A stretch of DNA of 53,289 nt, filler included, from Squatina squatina (taxonomy: Eukaryota): NCBI GenBank assembly GCA_031763465.1. It is 3 parts of 2 records of this genome, joined end to end, with 100 filler letters (N's around TTAATTAATTAA, not from the genome) between each part and the next. Parts side by side here need not be neighbours in the genome. Positions count along the whole stretch, not along the records: positions 20,300 to 35,660 come from JARFOE010000162.1; positions 35,761 to 53,289 come from JARFOE010000016.1; 1 more part is not named here. The stretch is one strand, 5' to 3'. Positions 24,028 through 37,105 of this stretch are shown here, piece after piece. How positions within the stretch are numbered: position 1 is the stretch's first letter; each line of letters starts with the position of its first letter. The translations under genes and the position numbers were made by a program. A model generated the notes under the pieces. It had not been told where the DNA came from, did not search any database, and saw only the letters and a list, made by a program, of their open reading frames with translations.

Positions 24028-25844
24028 ANNNNNNNNNNNNNNNNNNNNNNNNNNNNNNNNNNNNNNNNNNNNNNNNNNNNNNNNNNNNNNNNNNNNNNNN
24101 NNNNNNNNNNNNNNNNNNNNNNNNNNNNGCAAGTACAGGAACTTCATGCCGTTCAATACATTTCAATGGTGAGCCAGACAGCGAGATGTCGTTTCTGCTA
24201 AGTTTAAGATTTTTCAAAAGTTTATAATTACTTTTTTTGTTCTGTTTTCCTCTCTCTCTTAATCGAGCCTTTTTTGCCCTCTCTTTATTTCTCTTTCTGT
24301 ACATGATTTTAAGTTGAATTCACCATTCTAACTTACACCTTCTTGTTCAGTCCTTGCGTTGTTCGCTGCCCAATCGTTCAATCTGATTGGTTATGGAGCT
24401 ACCCAGATCCACTGTAGAGGGCGCCGTGCCATTTCCATCTCCCACTTCCAGTAACTTGTGTGAAGACAATTGCCAATAGTTTGTGAGGGAAGTGGATGGG
24501 AATAGCCCAGTACTGAAGTGTGAATGTTGCATTTATGCATGCACACTTTTAAAGTGTATTTTCTGTTTTATATCAGGTCAGACAGTTTGTTGTTTCTGTG
24601 AACAGCATGAATGTAATGCATTTGGAGTACAAAACAGTCAGCAACATTATCATGACTGGACCCCGTACACTTGTGATGGAAGTTATGGAAACAATTGAAT
24701 GATGAAGGTGATGTTTAATTGCTCAAAATGCTGGTTGATATACACATCTATTCTCAGGAATCAAAATGGTTTCAAATACTCTAAACTAGAAATCATTATT
24801 GACGATTTAGCAGGCAAAAGCTTAGCATTTGCATGACTATCATAAAGATGTGTTAAATATTTTTTCACTAATAACACNNNNNNNNNNNNNNNNNNNNNNN
24901 NNNNNNNNNNNNNNNNNNNNNNNNNNNNNNNNNNNNNNNNNNNNNNNNNNNNNNNNNNNNNNNNNNNNNNNNNNNNNTGTTCTCACACATTTAACCTGTT
25001 TTTATTGTATATTGTACTTCATTGGCTGAAAAGCACTTTGAGATGTCCGGTGGTCGCGAAAGGCGCTATATAAATCTTTCTTTCTTATTTATGATTGTTT
25101 TTTTAATTAGCTTTTCTTGCCCTTGGGTTATACTGACACCTAATGTTCATAGGGCTTACCAACTTTTTTCAAATCTATCAAATGGTGAAGACCTAGAGTT
25201 GCAATTTTTACAGATCCAATTAAGCCTCTTTGTATAACTTTATGCTATTTTAAAAGCCCACACTGTAATCTTTGTTGGAATGTGACAACATGACCTCCCA
25301 CTGAAAGGAAGCTGGAGCCAGGCCAGATCGGAAGCGCTAAGGTCACCATTCCCTACTAAAATGAAAAGCTGGCTCTGGTCCAAGTTTCCAGGTCACCACT
25401 GAAAACAATCTGTGCTTATCTGAATGTGGAACTGGCAGAATTTGGTTTTAACCAGTTTCTTCCAAAATCAGTAGCAGTTCTTTCTCCTCCCTTCACAGAG
25501 CACTCTGTACCACATCAGTGTTTCTATTTCCCATCTCAACTATCCTGAAAAAGAACAAGTAATTCACCTCTGTTATAAAGGCATGATTTATGTACTGGCG
25601 CCGCTCCATGTTCCTGTTTAATGACATATAAGCTACCTCTGACCAGTAGTTTTATGTTTTCTATAAAATCGTGTCTTCACTGACCATTGAATGCTGCTCC
25701 AGAGTCCTGAGTCACATCCCAATTCATGATGTCATTAGAAAGAAACTTCATGATGTCACCAAAGACGTTTTGCACAATACAAGTACTCTCAGGCTACTTT
25801 TGTTCAGCAATTTTAAAGTGCAGGTGTAAAGGAAGACTTACTGA

Positions 25845-25941
25845 TGGTGGCTCATCACCACCTTCTCAAGGGCAACTAGGGATGTGCAATAAATGCTGGC
25901 CTTGCCAGTGACGCCCACATCCCAGGAACGAATTTAAAAAA
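25845..25941 (+). mobile_element. CR1-group LINE/SINE 3' tail
   Basis: Homologous to 7442-7535 and ends in an A-rich stretch. Confidence 0.7.
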
Positions 25942-26202
25942 TGCAGAGATACCTTCATTTATAATATTTTAGTATTAGGCACTGATGTAACTAATTATTT
26001 TGCTTTAGTGAGTGAGATTAGTGCCAAATTATGGGCAGGCTTTGTGCTGTGCGCTACATGAGACTACTCAACCACTTAGGACCCTTAATAGTTATTGGAG
26101 AAAGGAGAGTTTCAACCCATAAATCTAAGTTATGTTCAAACTCGATTATTGAGGAGAAAATGAAAAGGGAAATATTTCAATCCAGTCTATGCTAGCTATA
26201 AA

Positions 26203-26290
26203 AGTAGAAAATGATGGAAACATACAGCAGGTCAGGCAACATCTGTGGAGAGAGAAATAGAGTTAATGTTTCAGGTTGATGACCTTTCTA
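26203..26290 (-). mobile_element. Penelope-like terminal fragment
   Basis: Reverse-complement homolog of 3745-3830. Confidence 0.65.
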
Positions 26291-27667
26291 ATAAAAGAAG
26301 CGCTATAAAAAATCAAGAGTCTCTTCTTGATATATATTAGCAGTAGAAGTTTGAATTGTTACTATACAGATCATACCCCAAATGCATTTTTAATATTGGC
26401 AATAAATTAAACTTGACTTTTTGTTTTTCAAAAATGTCTCAGGGTGTTGGGTGGTAAAAAGACTATTTCCCCATAATATTATATCATAGAATGACAACTA
26501 ATAGGTCTTGGGCGACATTTATACCATAGAATATGGGTCTGAGATGGGGAACTACAGAGCGCAAAGTTGGCTGAGTTATACTGTGGACTGCAACTTATAA
26601 TCTGCCTACCACAAGAGAGCTCTGCTCCTCCAATGGCTACATTTCTGATAGGACAGCGTGGAGGGAAAACCTGATTTTTTTATAATAAAAAAGACTCAAA
26701 ACTCTGTTTATAAAGGGTTGTGGAAATCTCTGGACCTACCTGAATTTTTCAGTTACGGCTGTGAATCCCAAGCAGCAAGAGATGGGCTCCTGGTGAGGCT
26801 CTCGCACCACTTTGTTGCAGTGCACTTGGGAGTCAGTTTAGGACCTGACATTTGAGTTACAAAGCCAGTTTTGTATCGACATGCACCTGAAATCACCGAT
26901 CAGTGATGCAAAAGTGGTGATATGATTGTAGCCATGACAATTTTCAGATCTATATAATCATTGTTTTACTTGGTGAAATGTTAATTACTGAATCAACTCT
27001 GCAACATTGGAATTATTGAAATGATTCTACATTGAAATGTTTGCAAATGAGGTGTAATTATGTAGTACTAAACATTTTAAATAAAATTGTATCTGTTAAA
27101 TGACTGCGACTAGAGAGCTTGTCTTCATTTTTGGTATTTTTTTTTTACTTTGGTACAAAAATGGTGTACAGATTATTGACAGAATTTCATTGCATTAACT
27201 ATACAAAAGTTACAACTATTTTATCGGAGCAACCATTATATTTATAGTACAAAGTAAGAAAAGCTTCTGTCAACAAATAAGAAAAGGCCACTTGTTATAG
27301 CGAACCCCATCATAATGGACTGTGTACAATTTAAAGTATAATGGGCACCTCCTTGATTTATTTGATAACTTAAGGATAATAAATGACCTCAAGTGACCAT
27401 TGAGAAGAGTTTAAGGGGTAGATTTCCCTCCGTTATCCTGCCTGAAATCAAGCGGGAGAGCAGTCAAAAAGGGGGTGAAATTGGGAAGTAAGGCTTACCA
27501 GCAACCCACCGCCCTAGCCAGAATTTCCTTACCTCTGTACGGGTCAGGGCTACAGCTGGCCAACTTCATCTGCATCTGTTGAATCGTGTTTCTGCTGCTC
27601 CCTAGGACCACCCTGTTGGTCCATTGACACAAGGTGTCCATGTGGCCCATCATTGTTGTGCCTGTAC

Positions 27668-28075
27668 TGGAACATAGGAACAGGAGTAGGCCATTCTGCT
27701 CCTCAAGCATGTTCTACCATTCAATTAGATCAAGGCTGATCTCCACCTCAACTTCACTTACCTGCTTTTAATCCATATCCCTGGATACCCTTACCCAACA
27801 CGAATCTACAGCACTGTTTTGAAAGTTACAATTGACCCCCAGCATCCACAGTTTTTTTTTGGGGGGGGGGAGGTAGAGTTCCAGTTTCTACTACCCTTTG
27901 TTTTAAAAATTGCTTCATGATTTCCCTCTGAAATAGCTTGGCTCTAATTTTAAGATTGTGCCTGCTTTTTCTGGGTACCCCCCACCGCCCCACCGCCCCA
28001 CCACACACACACATCTTTGCATTAAACTGATGGATTAGATCACCTCTCAATCTTCAATCAGAATACAAGCCAGAA
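27668..28075 (-). mobile_element. CR1 3' fragment
   Basis: GAACATAGGAACAGGAGTAGGCCATTC tail; RGDLI..RHNLKIRAKLF..QRVV. Confidence 0.8.
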
Positions 28076-28180
28076 TACANNNNNNNNNNNNNNNNNNNNN
28101 NNNNNNNNNNNNNNNNNNNNNNNNNNNNNNNNNNNNNNNNNNNNNNNNNNNNNNNNNNNNNNNNNNNNNNNNNNNNNNNT

Positions 28181-29248
28181 TCTTAAAATGTATTCAGAAG
28201 AACTTTTTTTAGCCAGTACGTAGCAAGCCCAACAAGAGAGGGGGCGGTTCTGGACTTAGTTTCAGGGAATGAAGCAGGGTAGGTGGAAGGGGTATCAGTT
28301 GGGGAGCACTTTGGTGGAAGTGATCATAATTCAGTTAGGTTTAGGGTAGTTACAGAAAAGGCCAAGGATAGACCCGGAATAAAAGTTCTCAATTGGGGAA
28401 AAGCTAATTTTAGTAAGCTAAGATGTGACTAAGCTAAAGTGGACTAAAATCAGCTACTTGCAGGTAGATCAGTGTCACAGCAGTGGGAGGCATTCAAGGA
28501 GGAGACACTGGGATTTCAGAGCAAGTATGTTCGCTTGAAGAAAAAGGGTGGGACTAATAAAAATCCAGATCTCCCTGGATGTCAAGGGTTTTACAGGTGA
28601 GGATAAAGAAAAAAAAGGGAAGCATATGACAGATACCGAGGGCTCAGTACTGCAGAAAACCTAGAGGAATATAACAAGGGGTGAAATTAAAAAGGAAATT
28701 AGGAAAAGCAAAGAGTGGGCATGAAAAAATATTGGCAAGTAAAATCAAGGAAAACCCAAAGATGTTTTATAAATACATGAAGAGCAAGAGGATAACTAAA
28801 GAAAGAGTAGGGCCTATTAGGGACCTCAAGGGTAACCTGTGTGTGGAGGCGGGAGATGTGGGCATGGTTCTGAATGAATACTTTGTGTCTGTTTTCACGA
28901 AAGAAAGGGACAACACAGATATTGCAATCAGGGAAGAGGAGTGTGAAATATTAGATGAAATTAACAGAGGTAGAGGAAGTATTAAGGGGTTTAACATCTT
29001 TGAAGGTGGATAATTCCCCAGGCTGTTAAGAGAAGTAAGAGAAGAAATAGCGGAGGCTCTGACCATTATTTTCCAATCCTTTCTGGCTACAGGAGTGGTG
29101 CTAGAGGACTGGAGGACAGCTAACATTGTACCATTGTTTAAAATGGGAGAAAGGGATAGACTGAGTAATTACAGGCCTGTCATCCTAACCTCGGTGGTGG
29201 GAAAATTATTAGAAAAAATTCTGGGGCACAGGATTAATCTTCATTTAA
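28181..29248 (+). mobile_element. CR1 ORF2 fragment (endonuclease end to RT start), decayed
   Basis: PTREGAVLDLV, SDHN, IKENPKMFYKY, LNEYFVSVFT, DWRTANIVPLFK..NYRPVILTSVVGKLLE; stops and frameshifts. Confidence 0.95.
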
Positions 29249-29827
29249 AAGCTATCATGTTGCAGAAAGAGATGAAATCTGTTTTTTCATAATGGCTTCT
29301 TTTGCTCCATTTCATCCCAACCCATTTGATTCAGGTTGTTACTGTACTCCAGTCAATTCCATTAGGGATGTAATTATATAATCTCACCCAAACGTCATCA
29401 TGGGCCAGACACCAGTAAACTGTATTGTAAAACCGTTTATCTTAATGTCACATCCTGGAGATGGCTTGTTTGCAGTCAGATATCTTTTCAGTAAGTCTTG
29501 CTTTCCTCTCCAAGCATGCAAACTTTAGTAAAATCGATCACCTGTCTGAATTAACAAGACTTTTCTGGAATATTAATGGACTTGCTTGACAATGGCACTT
29601 TTATGGGCATAGTTTTTTTTCATTTAAAGTTTTTTTTACAGTTTTATTAGAAAAATAAATTTGATGTATTGATAATTCCAGTGTGCAATATCTATATCAT
29701 TTATGTTGTGGTGTGAACAGAATGTGCAGTTATATTACTCTAATATACCACTATGGATGTGAAGGGTCGTTACTCCTCAAATGCATTAAAGGAACCTAAT
29801 TTAACAAACTAATTTCAACACAAAAAC

Positions 29828-30110
29828 AGCTTGTTTGATCCAACCAGTCCATGTTGGTGTTTATCCTCCATATGTGCAGTAGTTCTAATCCCATGCCCAC
29901 ACCCTGTTTCTTTATCTCCGATTCTTAAGACTAACCTAGTCTTAAATTTTGATGTGGTCTCTGCTTTAATCACTAACTCTGGTGGTGCATTCTATAGCCT
30001 CACAACCCTGTGTAAAAACAAGTGTTTCCTGCTCTCTGTCCTTAATCTCTTACATTTAATGTTATATCTATTTCCCCTTATTCTAGACTCCTCAATCACT
30101 GGAAAACTGA
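29828..30110 (-). mobile_element. Old CR1 3' fragment
   Basis: Degenerate reverse complement of the CR1 ORF2 end (CACAACCCTGTGTAAAAA, i.e. F-QRVV). Confidence 0.55.
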
Positions 30111-32469
30111 TTTGAAAGCACTAATGACAAAGTCTTTAGTTAATAAAAATAGAAATGTAATCTTTTTCACTAAATTAAAACAAGCACAGAAATAAAAGTC
30201 AGTGTGCACAATATCAATGATTATGCAACAGCTCAAATAAGGAGAACCAATGTGAACCAAGTTCTTGAAAGCCAAGTCACTACTCTTCATTTATGAGTGT
30301 GGCTGGAACATCAAAGCTTCTGACCACATTAAAGAGAATAAGATGTTCATTGACTATTGTGGAAGAGCACTCAGTGCAGAGGTCATTGGGGCCAGTTTTC
30401 CTCAGCCTAACGTCCTGAACAAATGTGCATTATTATCAATGGGGAAATGAAAAAACATTTTTTGATGCTTATTATTGCTGAATGAAAGATCTTTTATGAG
30501 AAAATGTGGGAAATATAAAGGGCCAGGAAGTTTTACATTCAGATGCAGAGCTGCTTGTATTTTAATGGCAGAAGCAAGGTTTGCAAGTATTGGGACTATA
30601 CATATGCCATGATTTCTTGAGCCTTACTAGGTAATGGTAAATAAACTGCTGATGGCACGAATACCAACTGACACATGTTTGTCACTCCACCAATGCCACT
30701 GCTGGAAAGTTTGTCCTTATGACGGCCACTGATCTATAAAGTCGAAAATGCCAGACACTGAGTACTATTGATGCCTCCTATTTGGCTGTTTGCAATCTTT
30801 TAATTCTATCTGTAATCTTAATTTTGGGGAAGTACATGCTGTATTCAAGATTTTTAATATATTACCAGTAGCTTTAACGTTTGAATGTCCCAAGGCGCAT
30901 CACAGTTTGTGGTTGGATCTGAGCAATAGAGAGATTAGGGGTGGTGATTAAAGGCGTAGCTGATGAGATGGGTTTTAAGGAGGCTTTTGAAAGTGGGGAA
31001 GGATGAAACACAGTAGAGGCTGGGGGAGCGGGGGTGGGGATAAAGTTGCAGAGTGTGGGGCTGAACACACCAAGAATAAGGTAAAAAATTTCAAAACAAT
31101 TTCAATTATCTTTGATTCTGTTGCCTTATCACGGGATCCCACAGTCACCCAAGTCATTGATTTCTTTACAACTTTACTTCAATGTTGCAATGATATGTGT
31201 TACTACAAAAACACATTCCCTGGGGAATTGGTGCTTTATTGGCTCAGTTTCAGATCTCATTTTTTTTTTAATTGCGCACATCTTCCATTGTTTGTGCAGT
31301 GCAGCTGCAATCCTTGTGAGAAATCAAAGGAGAAAATAACAAAGTATTATGACGTTTGTGAGATTGTAGAGCAAGTGGTTGCTAAGAAATATTTAAAAGG
31401 GNNNNNNNNNNNNNNNNNNNNNNNNNNNNNNNNNNNNNNNNNNNNNNNNNNNNNNNNNNNNNNNNNNNNNNNNNNNNNNNNNNNNNNNNNNNNNNNNNNN
31501 NCACTCTATTCAGTATTCATTCCAGCCAGGAATGCAGCAACAAAGCACTTTTTAGATCAACTGACCCAGTGTGATGCCTTTCCTCTTACAATCTCCTCAC
31601 TAATTATCTGCTCATAAATGTACAGCAGTGCTGTTTGAACTCTATCTTGTAAAATGTATTAATGTTTTCAAAATTAAATAACTGGAAAGAGTTTTCAGTT
31701 TCTTTTTGTTTCACTCTGCATGGTCTAATTGATTTTCTTTAGTTCATTCTCTTTTCTAAGGAGGAATTGCATTGCTAGACATATATTACAGCTGTAGTAA
31801 GTGGCTATTGTTTTGTTTTACCCAGTTACTGGGCTAGTGACTATTCTGTTTCAAAAACACAAAGATAATACCAGTAAATGCTAATTAGCTTTATGAGGGT
31901 GAAAGACTTCATCACAGATCAAAATGAAATTGTCTCAGGAAGGCCAGTTTGTATCAGCACAGCNNNNNNNNNNGTAATGTGCTACAATAAAGATGGTATT
32001 GTTATCTACAGTACTGTATTATATTGTGGGGATTTTAACTTGCTTCTTTGGTAATAAAGCATCAATGAAATAAAAAACTTCATGAATGAAGTACAGAAAA
32101 TATTGGAACTACAGAACAGGCCTGTTGAAAGAGAATTAAGATGGAGACACTTTTCAGGACTGAAATGAATTTATTTAGCACCATTAACTGTTTAAAAAAA
32201 TTGCGCTTATATGGCATCTTATCAAATCTTTCAGACATTTAAACGCNNNNNNNNNNNNNNNNNNNNNNNNNNNNNNNNNNNNNNNNNNNNNNNNNNNNNN
32301 NNNNNNNNNNNNNNNNNNNNNNNNNNNNNNNNNNNNNNNNNNNNNNTTCAGCCACACTGACTCATTCCATTTTACTGCTCTCCTGGTGCTCAGTTCCATT
32401 CCATCATTCACCTCATCGGGCACTTTAACCAGAAACTTTTTTCTTCCTTTCAGGTAGCAAGGACCTGCA

Positions 32470-32885
32470 AGCGCCAATGACTCTTCGATGCCAACATCTC
32501 TCCTGATCCCTCTTCCCCATCCCTTTCTTCTGACCTCTCCTTTCCATCCCCTCTGACCTTCCCATATTTGACCACGAACAATCCATCCTCAGCAAAGCCC
32601 TCATCATCATCCCTTTATACCCCATTTCAATCAGTTCCAAGTGCAACATGATGCTGAGCTCTTCTTTTGCTACCTTTACCTCCATGTCCACTTTTTTAGC
32701 CAGGAGGTTTACCCCCCATCCCACAGTGGACCCTTTCTCCTATCTTCAGAACTCCTGTTTCACTTGGATTCCTCTCTGTAGCCTCCTACCCTCTGAGGTT
32801 CTGACAAAACCTGAGACATGAGCCCAATCTTCCTCTCCCCACAGATGCTGCATGACTGGTTGAGTGTTTCCAGCATTTTCTGTTC
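32470..32885 (+). mobile_element. Decayed, internally deleted Penelope-like element
   Basis: Degenerate LSKGLxFIP...HDAELFF..L..HFF N-terminal ORF motif (32580-32700) followed by the pLTR tail CACAGATGCTGCATGACTGGTTGAGTGTTTCCAGCATTTTCTG. Confidence 0.6.
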
Positions 32886-32889
32886 CACG

Positions 32890-33005
32890 TTCCAATAACC
32901 CTTTGTCAAAAAGAAAAATCTTCTAACTTCCCCCTTTGTCCTTCTGGTGATAATCCCAAGTCTGTGCCCTGTTGTTACTGATTTGTCAACCAGTGAAAAC
33001 AGTCT
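32890..33005 (-). mobile_element. CR1 ORF2 end fragment
   Basis: LFSLVDKSVTTGHRLGIITRRTKGEVRRFFF. Confidence 0.7.
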
Positions 33006-33076
33006 TTGACTATTGTGCATATATATATATATATATATATTTCTATAAATAGATTTCACTGCTTCTGTTTCTTTAG

Positions 33077-33241
33077 CTCTTGCCTTGAATCATGTTTTCA
33101 AAAACACCCTAAAACCTTCAGCTGGTGCTAGACCAGAAACTGCGAAATTCTTGATTCTGCTTACCGATGGGAAGTCACAGGATGATGTCAACTCGTCAGC
33201 TCAAAGCCTGAAAAATGCTGGCGTTGAAATATTTGCTATCG
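33077..33241 (+). CDS. FACIT collagen (COL20A1/COL14A1-like) VWA domain exon, 165 bp, phase 1-1
   Basis: tttctttag| LALNHVFKNTLKPSAGARPETAKFLILLTDGKSQDDVNSSAQSLKNAGVEIFAI |gtgagt; TDGKSQDD is typical of collagen XII/XIV/XX. Confidence 0.9.
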
Positions 33242-33859
33242 GTGAGTATGAACTTTTTGTAACTTTTACTGCATGGGGAAATCCAGAGGTGAATAATTGC
33301 CCCTTTCAACATCTACTGTGTTACCTGACAGTAATTCTGAGGGCAGTGGTGGCATATTGATCACCTAAAGGTCTGACTGATTTCAGACCAATGTTCTGAG
33401 ATAGTCAGATAGAAAAAAGCTGATTAAATGCATTTATAACTGTGTGATTTTTCTTCTTTCACATTTTTCAATATTTAGGTCACCTCTTACCTTTCTTAAA
33501 GTGTATTTTGAATTGCATAACTTACAAACTAAAGCCCTGATTTTAACTGAGAGCGGGAATCAGATGGTTGACTGAGAGAATCATAGAAATTTACGGCACA
33601 GAAGGAGGCCATTAGACCCATTGTGTCCAGCCTAATCCCATAGTCATAGCCCTGTAAATTACGGCAGGGGTGGGGCAAGCGACAAACCTCCCTGATGTCT
33701 CTGCTCTTAAAGACAAGTAGTATTTCNNNNNNNNNNNNNNNNNNNNNNNNNNNNNNNNNNNNNNNNNNNNNNNNNNNNNNNNNNNNNNNNNNNNNNNNNN
33801 NNNNNNNNNNNNNNNNNNNNNNNNNNCCTGATTTTCTTGTTGCACTGCTGGAAGAAGGA

Positions 33860-34040
33860 TCAAGTAGGAGAACAAGTCAGAGGGCTGCCTCCCTGCAGGT
33901 CCTGGTGGAGGAAGTCAGGACAAGGAGGGAAGTACTGTTCCCCAGCACCCACGGGAGCATCACAGGAAGAATATCCAGTAGTCCTGGATGGAAGTGGCTG
34001 CGAGGGCAGCATCAACCCCAGAACCTGGGTTCAGTGTAGG
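33860..34040 (+). mobile_element. Decayed Myb/SANT-like ORF fragment of a Harbinger-type transposon
   Basis: AASLQVLVEEVRTRREVLFP...W resembles the N-terminus of Myb_DNA-bind_5/NAIF1-like proteins. Confidence 0.5.
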
Positions 34041-34479
34041 TGGGGTGTGGGTTGTTTTGTGATTTTGTTTTTCTCTGTTAGGCAAAGTTAATTTTTAGTG
34101 GTGCATCACGTACTATTGTGGTAACTTTACCTCGGAATTTTGGTGTGAAGTGATTGGAGAGAAAATTTATATCGGGAAAGAAATGATTAGTGAATAATAA
34201 AAATAGCCAATTCAAATAGAAAAAAATCATAGGTTGCCTGTGTATTTCTCATCATCCAGGTGAAGCACAAAGATGAAAATCGGGTGGGGGATTGCACACC
34301 TGTAACAGAGCCTTTCTGATTTTCCTTTCATGTATATTAAAGAAAATCAGGCAGGCTCTCTTCGAAGTATGTGATGCTCCCGGCAACAGTTGTCAGTTCC
34401 TGGACTCCACCCATGCAAGGCTTAATGTTCAGGCCGTAAAGATGAATATCTATCGCACAGAGAAGTAACTAGTGTGAGG

Positions 34480-34712
34480 ATCATAGCTCTGTCACCTCTG
34501 AATATGCAGGTTGTGGATTGAAACCCCACTAAAGAATCTGAACACTTAATCCAGGCTGATATTTCATTTCATTATTGGAGGTGCCTTCTTTCAGATGAGA
34601 CGTTAAACCAAGGCTCTCTCAGGTGAAGGTAAAAGATCCCGTGGCACTATTTGAAGAAGATCAAGGGAGTTCTCACAGTGTTCTAACCAACATCAATCCC
34701 TCAAGCAACACC
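34480..34712 (+). mobile_element. DeuSINE (SacSINE1-like), diverged, in the collagen intron
   Basis: GGAGGTGCCTTCTTTCAGATGAGACGTTAAACC..AAAGATCCCGTGGCACTATTTGAAGAAG; followed by (CAC)n. Confidence 0.8.
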
Positions 34713-34885
34713 ATCATCCACCACCACCACCACCACCGTCACCACCACCCAATCCCAAAGGCAAGGATTTGGGATTTTGCGCTTGTAGGACAGCGACAAG
34801 GAGACCGGATTTTAACAAAGCAGTGTTGAATTATCCACAAGACACATTCTCCTTTGGCTGACAGTGTTGTTTTTATTTGTTCTAG

Positions 34886-35047
34886 GTGTAAAGAATGCTG
34901 ATGAAGCCGAGCTGAAACAAATTGCATCTGATCCACTTGAACTCCATGTGCACAATGTGCTTGAGTTTAGTCTTCTTGACTCACTTAGTGACAGACTCAC
35001 AAAGATTCTTTGTGGACAGATGAAGGCAAAGGCAACCAAAGTGAAAA
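34886..35047 (+). CDS. FACIT collagen (COL20A1/COL14A1-like) next VWA exon, ~162 bp
   Basis: tttgttctag| (G)VKNADEAELKQIASDPLELHVHNVLEFSLLDSLSDRLTKILCGQMKAKATKVK |gtaatc; in frame with the previous exon. The donor position is less certain. Confidence 0.88.
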
Positions 35048-35544
35048 GTAATCATTTAAATTCATTGTGTTTCTTAAAAGATGTAACTTGTTCCCTTTTG
35101 CTGCACAAACCTGTTGTGAATGAAATGCCTTTTGGTAGACATGAATCTATCCATGTTTGCACTGGAACCTTAGTTTGACCTCCTCATTATTCAAATCTTA
35201 ATCTTAAACCCAGTGCAGCTGCCTCATTTACATTGGAAGCTCTCAATGGGGCCTTTCAAGTACATTGTGACTTTTTTCTTAAGCATGCAAAAGGAAGTGA
35301 TGACTTCATTAGAAAATATGGCTTTCCAATGACATAATGACATGACTTTTCAGCAATGTTCTACATGTCATTCGTAGTACACATTGCAGTGAGGCTCCTG
35401 GGATTGTTAGCTCAGCAGCAAATTCATTGGCCCTGATATTCTGAATGGGAATTTGTACTGGAACTCTGGATTGGGTGTCAGAAAAGGGGTGAAACCTGGT
35501 TCTGCTGGAATTCTGCCCCTTGTTTTCCATCCACCATTTTATGG

Positions 35545-35660
35545 GGGAAGGGCATGGCAAGATCTTCCTCTATCAAGGGGGGTATGGAAGGGCGTGGCCA
35601 AATCTTCCTCTATCAAGGGGGGTATGGAAGGGCGTGGCCAGATCTTCCCACATCAAGAGG
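35545..35660. repeat. 40-bp minisatellite
   Basis: GGAAGGGCGTGGCCAAATCTTCCTCTATCAAGGGGGGTAT, about 3 copies, running into the gap. Confidence 0.85.
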
Positions 35661-35760
35661 NNNNNNNNNNNNNNNNNNNNNNNNNNNNNNNNNNNNNNNN
35701 NNNNTTAATTAATTAANNNNNNNNNNNNNNNNNNNNNNNNNNNNNNNNNNNNNNNNNNNN
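35661..35760. other. Artificial assembly linker N44-TTAATTAATTAA-N44
   Basis: Identical structure to 20200-20299; the 12-mer is at 35705-35716. Confidence 0.95.
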
Positions 35761-36365
35761 ATCCACTCGGCACTTCTGGCTGAAGATGGTTGTAAACGCG
35801 CTTCAGTCTTGTCTTTTGCACTCGCATGCTGGGCTCTGCCATCATTGAGGGGATATTCATGGAGCCTCCTCCTAGTTGTTTAATTACCCACCACCATTCA
35901 TGACTGGATGTGGCAGGATTGCAGAGCTTAGATCTGATCAGTTGATTATGGGATCACTTAGCCCTGTCTGTACCATGTGTTGCAGCTTCCCCAGCTATGC
36001 CAGGTGATCCATCCAGTTTTATTCTTCTTTTGACTTTTCGTAGCGGTTGTTTACAACTGAGTGGCTTGCTAGGCCATTTCAGAGGGCAAATAAGAGTCAA
36101 CCACATGGCTGTGGGTCTGGAGTCACATATCGACCAGATTCCCTTCCCTAAAGGGCATGAGTGAACCAGAGGGGTTTTTAGTGCCAATCCAATAGTTTCA
36201 TGGATCACCATTACTGACACCTAGCTTTTCTTAATTCCAGATTATTTAATTAACTGAATTTAAATTCCACAGCTGCTGTGGTGGGATTTGAACTCAGGTC
36301 TCTGGATCAATAGTCCAAGCCTCTGGATTACTAGTCCTACAACTTCACCACTATGCTACGAGTCC
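35761..36365 (-). mobile_element. CR1-group LINE fragment plus tRNA-derived SINE
   Basis: Minus-strand tRNA-like head near 36270-36360 (GGACTAGTAATCCAGAGG..GAGTTCAAATCCCACCAC); LINE-like sequence at 35761-36025. Confidence 0.6.
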
Positions 36366-36774
36366 CGAAGTTGAGTTATTACCCTCCATACCACCCAATC
36401 TCTGTCTCTTTGATAATTTATGTATTGCTTCCCAGACAGTGTATTGGTAAAGGTCATCAGTGTGGGGAAAAAATGGAAGATGTTAGACCCAGTTGAAACC
36501 CTTCAGCCATTGGGAGCTTCTCAACAAAATACTGAATACACTTGAGCTGGTTCGAACGGTGTCAAATCCAGTAGATAGCACCTCAAGCTGGTTCCCAGGT
36601 TACCTGACCTTGTGGGTTTTTCACTGTTTATTCCTTTTCATCACTCACTGGCTGTTCAGCAGCTCTGTTTCTATCTCTCAGTATCACAATGATTACTGCT
36701 GCTGTCTTTTAATGTGGAGCTCTGCCTAATATGCACAGCTATAGAAACTCTCAGTCATGCTAACAAAACCCATG

Positions 36775-37035
36775 TTTATACTATAGAATATTACTCCTAA
36801 TAATACCGTCCTTCTGTACCACTACAGAATATATTATTTGCAATAACACTCCCCATGTATCACTAAAGAATATATTACCCCTGATAACACTGAATGTGTA
36901 CCATTATAGAACATATTACTCCTAATAACATTGCCTTTGTGTACCACTGTGGAATATATTACTCGATAACACTGCCTGTGTGCTGCTATAGAATATATTA
37001 CTCCCGATAACACCATTCCCGTGTACCACTATAAG
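36775..37035. repeat. ~41-bp minisatellite in a CAND intron
   Basis: About 6 copies of TATAGAATATATTACTCCTGATAACACTGCC..GTGTACCAC. Confidence 0.85.
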
Positions 37036-37105
37036 TGCAGAGTATATTCTCCTTCACGCTCGATAATAAGTTGAACTCCTTTGTCTACCATACCCTGCGG
37101 TTTAC

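Noticed and set aside
24408-24425. CTCF-like CTGTAGAGGGCGC
   Set aside because: Imperfect 5' half, and it lies in probable repeat-derived sequence.
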